From Gammaproteobacteria bacterium (lineage in GTDB: Bacteria; Pseudomonadota; Gammaproteobacteria; UBA4575), in the NCBI GenBank assembly GCA_965221955.1, contig CBDCTA010000004.1, positions 1-64,000 of the forward strand: 64,000 bases of DNA, written 5' to 3'. Shown piece by piece: positions 1 to 10,786 of this stretch (its first letter is position 1; each line of letters begins with the position of its first letter). The translations under genes and the position numbers were made by a program. Below the pieces are notes generated by a model. The model did not search any database and was not told the DNA's origin. It worked only from the letters and a program-made list of their open reading frames with translations.

Positions 1-24
1 ACAAGCAAACCTGCTCTAGTTTAT

Positions 25-399
25 TCAATCTCTTTTTATGTAGGCTATGAATACGAATATCCAAGCAATGATAAATGAGATACCACCAAAAGGTGTGATC
101 ATTCCTAGCTTTGTAATTCCACTAAGGCTAAGTGCATAAAGGCTGCCAGAAAATATAACGATCCCAAGCAACATTAAATAGACAGCCACTTTTAACATTT
201 TAGATTGTGGGTATTGTTTGATTAACAGTCCTAGCACAATAAGGCCTAGTGCATGGTACAAGTGATAGTCCACAGCAGTACCGAATACAGTAAGCATATG
301 AGCGCTTAATTTATTTCGCAGTGCATGTGCTGCAAAAGCACCAAAGATAATTGCCAGCACAGCGTTGCCAGCACCAAAAAGGATCGCTAATCTAGACAT
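25..399 (-). CDS. DUF423/YgdD (TMEM256-like) membrane protein
   Basis: GAFAAH...YHLYHALG...FSGSLY...MITPFGG motifs, four hydrophobic segments. Confidence 0.85.
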   Translation of the reverse strand: MSRLAILFGAGNAVLAIIFGAFAAHALRNKLSAHMLTVFGTAVDYHLYHALGLIVLGLLIKQYPQSKMLKVAVYLMLLGIVIFSGSLYALSLSGITKLGMITPFGGISFIIAWIFVFIAYIKRD

Positions 400-446
400 A
401 GTTTTGATTTTGCCTGAATTTACTTGTTGGTAGGAGAATATTTACG

Positions 447-929
447 ATGCCTTCATTTGATACCGTTTCAGAGGTGGATGCACATGAGTTAACCAATGCG
501 ATTGATCAAGCCAATCGTGAAATCTCCAACCGTTATGATTTTAAAGGTTCAGACGCGAAAGTTGTGCAGGAAGAAGTGAATTTACGTCTTGAGGCTCAGT
601 CTGAATTTCAGCTCGATCAAGTCTTTGATATTTTGATTACTAAAATGGCAAAACGAGGCATTGATGTCTTGTGCTTAGAGCGAAGCAAGGTTGAAGAAGC
701 TAATATGCGTGCTAGGCAGCAAATTATGCTTCGTCAGGGGATTGATAAAGAGGTTGCTAAGAAGATGGTGAAGCTAATTAAGGATTCGAAAATTAAAGTA
801 CAAACTGCCATTCAGGGGGAGAAATTGCGTGTTACAGGAAAAAAACGTGATGACCTCCAAAACGTCATGTCGTTACTTAAAGAAGCAGAACTGGGTATAC
901 CTTTGCAATTTAATAATTTTCGGGATTAG
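447..929 (+). CDS. yajQ: YajQ family nucleotide/c-di-GMP-binding protein
   Basis: MPSFD.VS start, RYDFKGS, RVTGKKRDDLQ, LQFNNFRD end. Confidence 0.95.
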   Translation: MPSFDTVSEVDAHELTNAIDQANREISNRYDFKGSDAKVVQEEVNLRLEAQSEFQLDQVFDILITKMAKRGIDVLCLERSKVEEANMRARQQIMLRQGIDKEVAKKMVKLIKDSKIKVQTAIQGEKLRVTGKKRDDLQNVMSLLKEAELGIPLQFNNFRD

Positions 930-1108
930 GAGAGACTAGTTTAGATAATTTAAATATCTAATTAATATTTATTAATTTACTGGTTCCAAAATTAGGGAGA
1001 GATTGCAAAATACCTCTTTGTATTTTGCCCTTCGGGCCATCGCATAAAGCGATGTCCAAAATCGTTCCATACAATTTTGTCGAACCTAAGGCTCGAGTTC
1101 TCGATCCG

Positions 1109-1149
1109 CAGATATAAAAAAAGGCAATAATGCCCTTTTTTTATATCTG
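1109..1149. terminator. Hairpin terminator immediately 3' of tRNA-Ser (A/T tracts on both sides)
   Basis: cagatataaaaaaaggc-aataat-gccctttttttatatctg inverted repeat. Confidence 0.7.
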
Positions 1150-1235
1150 GCGGAGAGGGAGGGATTCGAACCCCCGGACCCTCGCGAGTCAATGGTTTTC
1201 AAGACCACCGCATTCGACCACTCTGCCACCTCTCC
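1148..1235 (-). tRNA. tRNA-Ser(TGA)
   Basis: Reverse complement GGAGAGGTGGCAGAGTGG...CTTGAAA...GGTTCGAATCCCTCCCTCTCCGCCA; long variable arm; next to yccA, as serT is in E. coli. Confidence 0.95.
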
Positions 1236-1384
1236 GAATCAGCGGGCTAGCATACCTGAAGGGCATAGGGAACTGCTATACCTTGAAGTGTCTAAATATT
1301 TAGATTATTTGGGCTTGAATTAGCCAAAAATACCATTATGTTAAGAACATAACGTTATACATATCAATTAGGAGCAATTCATTC

Positions 1385-2053
1385 ATGAGTGATTCTCAAT
1401 TTTCTACAAAAAATGTAGTCCGCGAGAGTGCTTTATCCACCAATAAAGTCTTACGCAACACCTATGCACTGTTATCAGCGACACTTATTTTTAGTGCCGT
1501 GATGGCAATGACGTCTACCATGATGCATGTTGGTTATGGGGCAAGTTTAGCGTGCTCATTCGGTGCTTTGGCACTAATTTGGTTTGTGTTGCCTCGTACA
1601 GCTAATTCTGGGGCAGGTATTGCAGTGGTTTTTGCTTTTACCGGTTTACTTGGGTTTGGGTTGGGGCCAATACTTAACCACTATCTCAGTATGGCCAATG
1701 GCGGTGAATTAATCGCAACTTCTATGGGTGGTACAGCAATTATATTTCTTGGCCTGTCAGGCTATGCATTAACGACTCAGCGTGATTTCAGCTTTTTAGG
1801 TGGGTTTCTTTTTGCAGGCTTGATAGTTGTTTTGCTTGCAGCTTTTGCGGGCCTTTTTTTGCAAATGCCAGGATTATGGTTAGCGATCAATGCAGCTGTA
1901 ATATTGATCTTTAGTGGCTTCATCTTATTTGATACGAGCCGAATCATTAATGGTGGAGAAACGAACTATATTCTTGCTACAACAGGGATATTTTTAAGTA
2001 TTTATAATATTTTTACTTCACTGCTTCATTTATTAGGTTTTGCTAACGATTAA
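1385..2053 (+). CDS. yccA: Bax inhibitor-1/YccA family membrane protein
   Basis: NKVLRNTYALL, GGETNYILAT...IYNIFTSLL; seven TM segments. Confidence 0.9.
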   Translation: MSDSQFSTKNVVRESALSTNKVLRNTYALLSATLIFSAVMAMTSTMMHVGYGASLACSFGALALIWFVLPRTANSGAGIAVVFAFTGLLGFGLGPILNHYLSMANGGELIATSMGGTAIIFLGLSGYALTTQRDFSFLGGFLFAGLIVVLLAAFAGLFLQMPGLWLAINAAVILIFSGFILFDTSRIINGGETNYILATTGIFLSIYNIFTSLLHLLGFAND

Positions 2054-2078
2054 TTTTTATTTCTTAAAGTAAAACTAA

Positions 2079-2264
2079 ATGAGCGGGCTAAATATTGGTT
2101 ATGCGCTACTCATAGTAGCGCTAATCATCTTCATTTTTCCTGCTGCAAAGTATTGGTTGAAAAATAGCCCAAAGGCTGAAAAAGGTGACTGGCAAGCATT
2201 TCTCTTTCCCATAGCGATGGTAATTGCATTTGTAGGATTACTGATGATGCTCGTGAGTCGTTAA
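2079..2264 (+). CDS. Small two-TM hypothetical protein
   Basis: Two hydrophobic helices separated by SPKAEKGDW; co-oriented with yccA. Confidence 0.6.
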   Translation: MSGLNIGYALLIVALIIFIFPAAKYWLKNSPKAEKGDWQAFLFPIAMVIAFVGLLMMLVSR

Positions 2265-2311
2265 TAATTTTTTCTTAAATCATATAAAGCTTCTCGATTG
2301 AGAGGCTTTTT

Positions 2312-3223
2312 TTATAGCATTTGGAAATGTGTAAGCATTTTGTTTTTCGTTTTAAGGTCGGGTAGGGAGCCTGTAAGAGCTCCCATATTCTCATCCATAT
2401 GGTCCGTTCGGGATGTGGCCGGAATGGCTACGGTAACCGCAGGGTGCGAAAGAATAAATTTTAAGAAATATTGTGCCCAATTCTTACAATCAAATTCTTT
2501 TGCTAAATCAGGAAGAGGTTGGTTTATAATTTTATTAAATAATCTGCCGCCATCGAATGGGCGGTTAATGATTACAGCAATCCCTTTATCCGCCGCCAGG
2601 GGCAGCAAATAATTTTCTGCTTCAGAATGAGTAATGTTATAAGTAAATTGGACAAAATCTAAAGGCTCGGTTTGCATGATCTTGATGAAATCATTATGTC
2701 TTCGTCCGTGAGATGTAGTAATTCCTAGATAACGAATACGTCCTGATTCTTTCCATTCGCGTAATGTTTTTAAATGTGTTTTCCAATCTAATAAGTTGTG
2801 TATTTGCATTAGGTCAAATTGATTAAATCCCCATAGCTCTAGAGATGCTTTCATTTGTTGAATGCCTAACCACTCACCTGGGGTCCAAACTTTTGTGGCC
2901 GAAAAAAGACTGTTTGGTGGTTTTAGTTGCTCAAAGCATTTGCCGAGTACCGCTTGTGCCGAACCATACATGGGTGATGAATCAATCATTCCGCCGCCAT
3001 GCGAAAAGAAGTGGCGCAACACTTCAGTGCGTTGTGAAATAATGGAGTTTTTTGTGCCTACATCAAAAGTGATCCAAGTACCCATTCCCACGCATGGAAT
3101 AGCTTCATTGCTAAAGGGTATTTGACGTGTGTGAATCGATGCAGGTTTAGAAATACCAAGCGATGGTACGGCAAGTAATGTAGTACTTGCGGCAGTTGTG
3201 AGCAGAAATTCACGACGACGCAT
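2312..3223 (-). CDS. Aldo/keto reductase with Tat-like N-terminus
   Basis: GMGTW, IDSSPMYG, ATKVW, DLMQIHN, IPATS motifs; MRRREFL start. Confidence 0.85.
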   Translation of the reverse strand: MRRREFLLTTAASTTLLAVPSLGISKPASIHTRQIPFSNEAIPCVGMGTWITFDVGTKNSIISQRTEVLRHFFSHGGGMIDSSPMYGSAQAVLGKCFEQLKPPNSLFSATKVWTPGEWLGIQQMKASLELWGFNQFDLMQIHNLLDWKTHLKTLREWKESGRIRYLGITTSHGRRHNDFIKIMQTEPLDFVQFTYNITHSEAENYLLPLAADKGIAVIINRPFDGGRLFNKIINQPLPDLAKEFDCKNWAQYFLKFILSHPAVTVAIPATSRTDHMDENMGALTGSLPDLKTKNKMLTHFQML

Positions 3224-3246
3224 GGTCGTGAAATTATATCAATATT

Positions 3247-3465
3247 TTACTGTTGGTTTTCTTTTTCGGGGAATAGCAATTCAAAGACTTCATCTTTTAC
3301 ATGGGCTTCATCGACTTCGATTTTAGCAACACGTCGATCAGGGAGATGCCGACGTTCTGTTCTTACACAGATTCCATTGCGTGTAATAATTGGAAATTGA
3401 GCACCTTGCATGGAAGTGCGGCGATCGTTATGGTTGCGCCTTTCCAAAGGATTAATTTCGTTCAT
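3247..3465 (-). CDS. Small hypothetical protein with two ERR-x3-DRR motifs
   Basis: ERRNHNDRR and ERRHLPDRR; AGGGA RBS upstream on the minus strand. Confidence 0.55.
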   Translation of the reverse strand: MNEINPLERRNHNDRRTSMQGAQFPIITRNGICVRTERRHLPDRRVAKIEVDEAHVKDEVFELLFPEKENQQ

Positions 3466-3645
3466 TTCATTCCCTAAAATAACTATTAATGATGTTATTA
3501 TTTTTGTAGTAATACCCTACCTAAAATAGGCCTACATATTTTGTGATGCATTTCGCATTATTGTTGAATTAGCAACATGGACTATATGTATTTATCAATT
3601 AAAACAACTATTTATTAAATATTCTTAAGGTAAAAAGCTCCCATA

Positions 3646-4983
3646 ATGCATGATCTTTTAATAACAAATTGTAAACTTGTAAATGAAGCCGCTATCAAAG
3701 AATGTGACATTTTGATAGCAAATGAACGTATCGAAAAAATAGCTGCAGATTTACAGAATACTGATGCTAGACGCGTAATTGATGCGCAAGGCAAGTACGT
3801 CATACCAGGCATGATTGATGATCAGGTGCATTTCAGAGAGCCTGGGTTGACCTATAAAGGTGATATTGCCACGGAATCTTTAGCAGCCATCGCCGGTGGC
3901 ATTACCAGTTTTATGGATATGCCTAATGTTAAGCCTCCGACTTTAACCTTGGAGCTACTGGATCAAAAATATGCCGCAGCAAAACAACGAGCGCGTGCAA
4001 ATTATGCGTTCTATATGGGTGCTAGTAACGATAACCTCGAAGTTCTAAAGCAAGCTCCTGTAGATCGAGCATGTGGTATTAAAGTATTCATGGGGGCCTC
4101 TACAGGCAATATGCTTGTTGATGATGACGATGTTCTGGATGCAATATTTAAGCATGCCCCAGTACCCATTATTACTCACTGTGAAGATTCACCATTGATC
4201 AATGAGAATTTAAAAAAGTATCAACAAGAATATGGGGATGACATACCAATTGAACTTCATCCCATTATACGTTCTGAAGAAGCCTGTTATCGTTCTAGTT
4301 CAAAAGCGGTTGAGTTAGCCAAAAAACATGGCACGCAGCTACATATTTTGCACTTAACCACTGCAAAAGAACTTGAGTTATTTGAGAAAGGGCCAGTTGA
4401 TAATAAAAACATAACTGCAGAAGTGTGTGTGCATCATTTGTTTTTTAATGATAAAGACTATGCAGTGAAGGGTTCATTAATTAAATGTAATCCTGCGGTT
4501 AAAACTCAACATGATCAGCAAGGTTTGCTTCAAGGGGTGCTTGAAGATCGTATAGACATCATTGCAACCGATCATGCACCACACACTTGGGAAGAAAAGC
4601 AGGGCAATTATATGACCGCGCCGGCCGGTTTGCCGTTGGTACAGCACGCATTAATAAGTGCTTTGGAACATGTGCATGATGGTATTTTTAGCATAGAGAA
4701 AGTTGTTGAAAAGACAAGTCATAATGTTGCATTGCGATTTGCAGTAGCGGAGCGAGGCTTTGTGCGTGAAGGTTATTATGCTGATTTAACTATTATCGAT
4801 TTTGATAAGCCTTTTAGTGTTAATAAACAGAACGTATTGTATAAATGTGGTTGGTCGCCGTTTGAGGGTTATCAATTTAGGTCCAGCATTGATAAAACAA
4901 TCCTGAATGGTGAAGTAGTATATGAAAATGGTGAAGTTATTGATGCTCCAATATTTGGTAAACCATTAACATTTGACCGCTAG
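3646..4983 (+). CDS. pyrC: Dihydroorotase (amidohydrolase, long form)
   Basis: PGMIDDQVHFREPG, DMPN, KVFMGASTG, ATDHAPH, KCGWSPFEG. Confidence 0.85.
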   Translation: MHDLLITNCKLVNEAAIKECDILIANERIEKIAADLQNTDARRVIDAQGKYVIPGMIDDQVHFREPGLTYKGDIATESLAAIAGGITSFMDMPNVKPPTLTLELLDQKYAAAKQRARANYAFYMGASNDNLEVLKQAPVDRACGIKVFMGASTGNMLVDDDDVLDAIFKHAPVPIITHCEDSPLINENLKKYQQEYGDDIPIELHPIIRSEEACYRSSSKAVELAKKHGTQLHILHLTTAKELELFEKGPVDNKNITAEVCVHHLFFNDKDYAVKGSLIKCNPAVKTQHDQQGLLQGVLEDRIDIIATDHAPHTWEEKQGNYMTAPAGLPLVQHALISALEHVHDGIFSIEKVVEKTSHNVALRFAVAERGFVREGYYADLTIIDFDKPFSVNKQNVLYKCGWSPFEGYQFRSSIDKTILNGEVVYENGEVIDAPIFGKPLTFDR

Positions 4984-4989
4984 TAAAAA

Positions 4990-5280
4990 TTGAGTGCTAA
5001 TGAAATGAAATTACTTTTAATTCATATAATATTTTTAATTATTGCGTTATTAATTGCATTTGTATTATTTCCATTGGACCAAGTGTATTTTGATCATCAG
5101 CCTGTAGAAAAAGTTAAGCAATATTATCAGGATGCGTTTGCATTTGAATCGAGCAAAGCTTGGAAAATTGTGTTCACATGGTTTTTAGGTTTGTCTTGTG
5201 GCCGTTTAATGGTAAGAGCATTAAATAACAATAAAAATACAACTAAACCTGCCAATATAAAAAAGGGTTCAGATTTATAA
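4990..5280 (+). CDS. Hypothetical membrane protein
   Basis: Two hydrophobic segments, tightly packed between pyrC and the LMW-PTP gene. Confidence 0.5.
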   Translation: MSANEMKLLLIHIIFLIIALLIAFVLFPLDQVYFDHQPVEKVKQYYQDAFAFESSKAWKIVFTWFLGLSCGRLMVRALNNNKNTTKPANIKKGSDL

Positions 5281-5781
5281 TTGAATTCTGTTGGTTTCAC
5301 TACAAGTCGTGTTGGCATTTTATTCGTCTGCATGGGCAATATATGTCGATCTCCTACTGCTCATGGTGTATTTCAAAACCTTGTGGAGCAAAGCGGTCTA
5401 GCTAAACATATAACTATAGATTCAGCAGGCACACATTCTTATCATATTGGTAAAAAGCCCGATTCACGTGCACTAAAGTATGCGGCAAAACGTGGTTACG
5501 ATTTGTCTAATTTACGCGCACGCCAGGTTGAGCAATCAGATCTCGAAAAATTTGATTATGTACTTGCGATGGACAGCGAAAATTATATGGATTTGTTAGG
5601 GCAATCTAAACCAGAGCAACAAGTAAAAATTAAATATTTTTTAGAATTTATATCGGATGCAAGCTCTATCGATGTACCTGACCCATATTATGGTGGAGAC
5701 AAAGGTTTTGAGCTCGTGTTGGATTTAGTTGAGGAAGCAAGCAAGGGTTTGCTTTCTTACCTTAAAGATACTTACTTATAA
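5281..5781 (+). CDS. Low-molecular-weight protein-tyrosine phosphatase
   Basis: VCMGNICRSP P-loop, DSAGT, DVPDPYYG. Confidence 0.93.
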   Translation: MNSVGFTTSRVGILFVCMGNICRSPTAHGVFQNLVEQSGLAKHITIDSAGTHSYHIGKKPDSRALKYAAKRGYDLSNLRARQVEQSDLEKFDYVLAMDSENYMDLLGQSKPEQQVKIKYFLEFISDASSIDVPDPYYGGDKGFELVLDLVEEASKGLLSYLKDTYL

Positions 5782-5786
5782 TTTGA

Positions 5787-5810
5787 CTCACTTGGCGAAC
5801 ACCGAGTGAG
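5787..5810. terminator. Hairpin between convergent LMW-PTP and rne
   Basis: ctcacttgg-cgaaca-ccgagtgag. Confidence 0.5.
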
Positions 5811-5834
5811 CCTGATTATCTGAATCTCAATTTA

Positions 5835-7790
5835 TTAAGGGTTCGCACTAGAACGATCAGAAGAGCCGCTGGAAGGTTTTGCTGCTACATTAGAATCCGT
5901 TTTTGGTTTTGATGCGGAATGGTGTTTACCATTATGACGATTGCGGTTGGCTTTACGCCCATTGTCACTTCTGCGTCGATTAGGACTATTGTTACGTCGT
6001 CTGTTGCTGCCACCAGAACGGTTACGTCGATTATTTTCACGATAACCACGAGACCGTTTTCGATTGCGATTTTGGCTCGTTTGTTTATTTGTATTTTCTT
6101 CAGCTTTATTGCCTGCAAGCCAAGCAAAAAAGCGAGCAAATAGACCAGGTTTACTACTGGTAGCTTTTTTTGCTTGTTGTGGTGTGGGTGCAGGAGCTTC
6201 AGCATTTATCGACTTCACTGCAGGCTGTTCTGCAGCAATTGGTGCAGGTTTATGCAAGTTTAGTTCAGTTTCTTGTTGTGGAATGAGTTCGTAACTTGGT
6301 TTGTTAACAACTTCTTTTCCCTCATCACGCGTTCGCTCTACATTAAAATGTGGAGTCTCTAAATTTGGGTCAGGTACAATAATAATTTGTACACGATGCC
6401 GTGATTCAATTTCACCAATGTTGGTGCGTTTCTCATTTAACAAGAAGCTAGTAACGTCAACAGGTAGTTTGGCAGTTACGGTTGAGGTTTTTTCTTTTAA
6501 CGCTTCTTCTTCGATTAGGCGAAGCACACCTAAAGCCAACGACTCAATGCTACGAATCGTTCCATGGCCGGTACAGCGTGGACAAACAATTTGACTGGAT
6601 TCTTCAAGCGAAGGGCGCAATCTTTGTCGAGACATTTCGAGTAAACCGAATCTTGAAATTCGACCTACTTGTACGCGAGCGCGATCTATTTTTAATGCTT
6701 CACGTAATCGATTTTCCACTTCACGTTGGTTTTTGTTTGCCATCATGTCAATAAAATCGATCACGATTAGGCCGCCTAAATCACGTATGCGTAATTGTCG
6801 TGCAATTTCATCGGCTGCTTCTAAGTTTGTATGTGTTGCAGTCTCTTCGATATCACTGCCCTTAGTGGCTCTAGCAGAGTTGATATCAATAGAGATCATT
6901 GCTTCAGTATGATCAATGACAATTGACCCACCAGAAGGTAGTGAGACTTCACGGTCAAATGCCGATTCAATTTGCGATTCAATCTGGTAACGATTAAACA
7001 AAGGAACAGTATCTTCATATAACTTAAGTTTACTTAAGTTATGCGGCATAACTTGTTCAATGAATTTTTTTGCATCATTGAATACTTCAGTGTCGTCAAT
7101 AATGATTTCACCAATATCGTCACGTAAGTGATCACGCAGCGCGCGAATAATGACATTGCTTTCTTGGTAAATAAGAAAAGGTTTGTCATGTGTGTCAACC
7201 GCATTATTAATTGCGCGGTAAATTTGTTCGAGATAATTTAAATCCCACTGCAACTCTTCAGCTGTTCGGCCAACACCTGCTGTGCGCACGATGGCACCCA
7301 TACCTTTTGGTATTTCTACTTCTGATAGCGCTTTACGCACATCTTCGCGTTCTTCACCTTCAATGCGACGTGAAACACCGCCCGCTCTAGGATTATTTGG
7401 CATCAACACCAAATAACGTCCTGCTAGACTAATAAAAGTAGTAAGAGCAGCACCTTTAGTGCCACGTTCTTCACGTTCTACTTGGACAACGATTTGTTGT
7501 CCTTCAGATATCTGATCTTTTACTGAAAAACGCTCTCCTGAATTCTCAGAATCACTAAAGTATTCACGAGAAATATCTTTGAAGGGTAGGAAACCGTGTC
7601 GTTCAGAGCCGAAATCTACAAATGCAGCTTCTAGGCTTGGTTCAATGCGAGTGATAACACCCTTATAGATGTTATCTTTCTTTTGGTTTCGGGATGGAAG
7701 TTCTATATCGAGATCGTAAAGTCGTTGTCCATCGACCATGCCAACACGTAGCTCTTCTTGCTGTGTAGCATTGATTAAAATTCTTTTCAT
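5835..7790 (-). CDS. rne: Ribonuclease E (short C-terminal scaffold)
   Basis: [17 protein letters not shown]1 domain, IDINS, DFIDM, CPRCTG Zn-link, amphipathic [12 protein letters not shown], Arg-rich tail. Confidence 0.95.
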   Translation of the reverse strand: MKRILINATQQEELRVGMVDGQRLYDLDIELPSRNQKKDNIYKGVITRIEPSLEAAFVDFGSERHGFLPFKDISREYFSDSENSGERFSVKDQISEGQQIVVQVEREERGTKGAALTTFISLAGRYLVLMPNNPRAGGVSRRIEGEEREDVRKALSEVEIPKGMGAIVRTAGVGRTAEELQWDLNYLEQIYRAINNAVDTHDKPFLIYQESNVIIRALRDHLRDDIGEIIIDDTEVFNDAKKFIEQVMPHNLSKLKLYEDTVPLFNRYQIESQIESAFDREVSLPSGGSIVIDHTEAMISIDINSARATKGSDIEETATHTNLEAADEIARQLRIRDLGGLIVIDFIDMMANKNQREVENRLREALKIDRARVQVGRISRFGLLEMSRQRLRPSLEESSQIVCPRCTGHGTIRSIESLALGVLRLIEEEALKEKTSTVTAKLPVDVTSFLLNEKRTNIGEIESRHRVQIIIVPDPNLETPHFNVERTRDEGKEVVNKPSYELIPQQETELNLHKPAPIAAEQPAVKSINAEAPAPTPQQAKKATSSKPGLFARFFAWLAGNKAEENTNKQTSQNRNRKRSRGYRENNRRNRSGGSNRRRNNSPNRRRSDNGRKANRNRHNGKHHSASKPKTDSNVAAKPSSGSSDRSSANP

Positions 7791-8253
7791 GTTTAAATCT
7801 GTCCAAAGTCGTTATCCTTCGTACCTGTTTCGGTATACAAACGTCCGCATCACTACCAAACCAACTATCCTGATTGGCAAAACGAGTAGGCGTGAGTGAT
7901 AGTTCGGCGATGAAGGGCCGAAGGAAATAAAAAATTGTGTAGAAAATTGTCATTATGTTTCTTATGAGCATCTATATGGCTTAAGCCGTATATAGTGCTT
8001 TAAACTGTACGTTTCACGGCTGTTTGCCATGAAAAGTAGAAATTCATGTCGCGCAAAAGAGGATTATTGATTCTAATCTACTTATTTGTAGAGCCTAGAT
8101 TTAATAGGGCTTTTTCACGCAGTGCGCTAAAATTAAGCCTCTGCTTAACTGCACACTCCAGACTATATCAATCTAGGCCATGGGCAGCAAATTCTTAACT
8201 TGTCGTTTTTATTGGGATTATTCAATGGCCGGTCAAATGGTCAATGGTTTGTC

Positions 8254-9196
8254 ATGAATGGTTATATCAAAAACATAAGTGCGACTAGAGAAGGTCAGCG
8301 TATTGATAACTACTTATTCACGCAGTTAAAGGGCGTTCCTAAGGGTCTTATTTATCGTTTATTGCGTACGGGAAAAATTCGCGTGAATGGTAAATGTGTC
8401 AAACAAACGTACCGCTTACAGGTGGATGATGAGGTTAAAATTCCTAAAATCAGATTATCGGATAATCAACCGGCAAAGATCAGTGAAGCAATTAAAAAAA
8501 CAAATTAATGATTCGATCATTTACGAAGACCAAGAAATTATAGCAATTAATAAGCCAGCAGGTTTGGCGGTACACCCAGGTTCAAAAGTCTCCTATGGTG
8601 TGATTGAAGTGATGCGAGCACTCCGCCCTAATGCTGAGTTTTTAGAATTAGTACATCGTTTAGATAGGGAAACCAGTGGTTGTTTGCTAATTGCAAAAAA
8701 TAAAACGGCTTTGAATCTGCTACATGAGTTGCTAAAAAATTCGGATATTGAAAAGAACTATTTTTTGTTGGTTAAAGGTGAATGGGACTTGGGTGAGAAA
8801 GTTGTCGATACACCGCTGCAAACGAAAGGCCAGAATGCTGAGGTGGATGATGGAAAGAATCGTTTCAAACAAGCTCATACTATATTTAAACCTGTTGAAT
8901 ATTATGAAGGTTTTACATTATTAAACGCACAAATTAAAACCGGCCGTACTCACCAAATTCGCATTCATGCTGCACAGCTAGGATTTCCAGTTGTAGGGGA
9001 TTCAAAGCACGGTGATTTCGCGTTCAATAGAGTATGCAAAAAAATGGGCTTAAAACGCATGTTTTTACACGCAGCAGAACTGTCATTTCAACTCAAAAGC
9101 CATTCTGAACGAATAAGCATTAATGCACCTATGAGCGATGAACTAAAGCGCTTTCTTGAAGGTCTAGATTCACGAAAGGGTGATTTGCCAAATTGA
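8254..9196 (+). CDS. rluC: 23S rRNA pseudouridine synthase RluC, apparent +1 frameshift at the A7 run 8494-8500
   Basis: S4 domain GQRIDNYL...IYRLLRTGKIRVN in frame 1; NKPAGLAVH, HRLDRETSG, TGRTHQIRIH in frame 2; divergent from rne. Confidence 0.85.
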
Positions 9197-9287
9197 GTGG
9201 ATTTGATTTCCAATAGTCGATGAGGTTTACTGAAAGCTAATATTTCAAGCAAATTGCTATTATCTAATATTTTGAGTACGAGTCAGT

Positions 9288-10262
9288 ATGGAGCCAAAAA
9301 TCAATCTAGATAAAATTTCCAGCGAAGATCGTTCTGCTTCAAATTGGGAGCGTGAAGCGATTGTAAATTTAGCGCAAGCAGGCCTTAAAGAACAAAGGCG
9401 AGCACGTCGATGGGGAGTGTTCTTTAAATTACTTGGCTTTGCTTACGTGACTTTATTTTTAATTGGCATGCTCGCACCTCATTTAGGAAATTTGTCAGGC
9501 ACTAAACAGCATACAGCCCTAGTAGAACTCTCGGGTGTAATTGCGGATGGTGAAGAAGCGAGTGCTGATAATGTGGTTTCAGGTTTGCGTGCGGCGTTTG
9601 AAAGTAATAATTCTGCAGCGGTAATTCTTAGAATTAACAGTCCAGGCGGTAGCCCTGTACAAGCAAGTTACATTAATCGAGAAATTAAGCGTTTGCGTGA
9701 AATACACGAAGATAAACCTATTTACGCAGTAGTCACAGATATCTGCGCATCAGGTGGTGTGTTTGCAGCCGTAGCCGCCGATAAAATTTATGCAGATAAG
9801 GCGAGCATCGTAGGTTCTATTGGTGTGCGTATGGATGGCTTTGGTTTTGTCGATGCAATTGAAAAATTAGGCATTGAACGAAGGTTAATGACTGCGGGTG
9901 AACATAAAGGCATATTAGATCCGTTTCAACCTGAGAATGAATTTGAAAAACAACATGTACAATCACTTTTGGATGAAATCCATCAGCAATTTATTGATAT
10001 TGTAGTAGAGGGGCGAGGAGATAAGCTGACTAAAGATAAAAACATGTTTAGTGGTTTATTTTGGACAGGCGAGCAAGCACTTGAATTAGGTTTAGTAGAC
10101 GGGTTTGGAAGTGCAAGCTATGTTGCAAGAGAAGTGATTGGTGTGGAAGATATTCAAGACTACACTTTCCGCGAAGACGTTTTCCAGCGATTTGCAAAAC
10201 GATTGGGAACCGCAATGATGAAGCCGATTGAACAAGCATTGAATTATCCTGTATTACGTTAG
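9288..10262 (+). CDS. sppA: S49 family signal peptide peptidase
   Basis: RINSPGGSPV, CASGG, VGSIGV, FSGLFWTGEQALELGLVD. Confidence 0.9.
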   Translation: MEPKINLDKISSEDRSASNWEREAIVNLAQAGLKEQRRARRWGVFFKLLGFAYVTLFLIGMLAPHLGNLSGTKQHTALVELSGVIADGEEASADNVVSGLRAAFESNNSAAVILRINSPGGSPVQASYINREIKRLREIHEDKPIYAVVTDICASGGVFAAVAADKIYADKASIVGSIGVRMDGFGFVDAIEKLGIERRLMTAGEHKGILDPFQPENEFEKQHVQSLLDEIHQQFIDIVVEGRGDKLTKDKNMFSGLFWTGEQALELGLVDGFGSASYVAREVIGVEDIQDYTFREDVFQRFAKRLGTAMMKPIEQALNYPVLR

Positions 10263-10432
10263 GTGTGAGTGCAGGGACGCACGAATATGAGATGCGTCTT
10301 GGATGACGCGAACAAATTAGAGTTAGGTGATATCAAATAACGTGCAGGTTGGGAAATTCAAATCAGAATATTAAAATGACTGCTAACGACCCAAAGCAGA
10401 CATTTTAGTGGTGTAATAAAGTCAGATCGAAT

Positions 10433-10786
10433 TTGATGGCTTACTATATTTTTAAAATTGCAATAACAACGGTATTAATAGTTGCCATCGCAGAAATTGC
10501 AAAACGTAGCTCACTTTATGGCGCACTATTAGCATCTGTACCATTAGTTTCAGTTTTAGCTATGATCTGGCTATATATTGATACTAAAGACGCTACAAAA
10601 GTAAGCACGCTCGCAACAAGTGTGTTTTGGCTGATATTACCGTCACTAGCATTATTTGTGTCTTTACCACTTCTATTAAAACAAGGAATAAACTTCTATA
10701 CTAGTATCAGTATAGCTATTGGGCTTACAGTCGTCTGTTATGCAACATTGCTTTTAATTTTGAATCAATTTGGCATCAAGTTATGA
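10433..10786 (+). CDS. DUF3147-family membrane protein
   Basis: EIAKRS...GALLASVPLVSVLAMIWLY...VFWLILPSL. Confidence 0.75.
   Translation: MMAYYIFKIAITTVLIVAIAEIAKRSSLYGALLASVPLVSVLAMIWLYIDTKDATKVSTLATSVFWLILPSLALFVSLPLLLKQGINFYTSISIAIGLTVVCYATLLLILNQFGIKL

Noticed and set aside
992-1192. 66-aa minus-strand ORF
   Set aside because: Overlaps tRNA-Ser and its terminator/repeat; not a credible protein
1336-1352. TTATGTT-AAG-AACATAA palindrome resembling a XerD arm upstream of yccA
   Set aside because: No XerC arm or 6-bp spacer geometry; at most a promoter operator
7672-7971. 99-aa ORF upstream of rne
   Set aside because: Lies in the long rne leader region and overlaps the rne start out of frame; rne is known to have a long structured 5' UTR
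8200-9196. rluC as two genes or a true pseudogene
   Set aside because: A single extra A in a homopolymer explains it; all motifs are intact and similar indels occur elsewhere in the window
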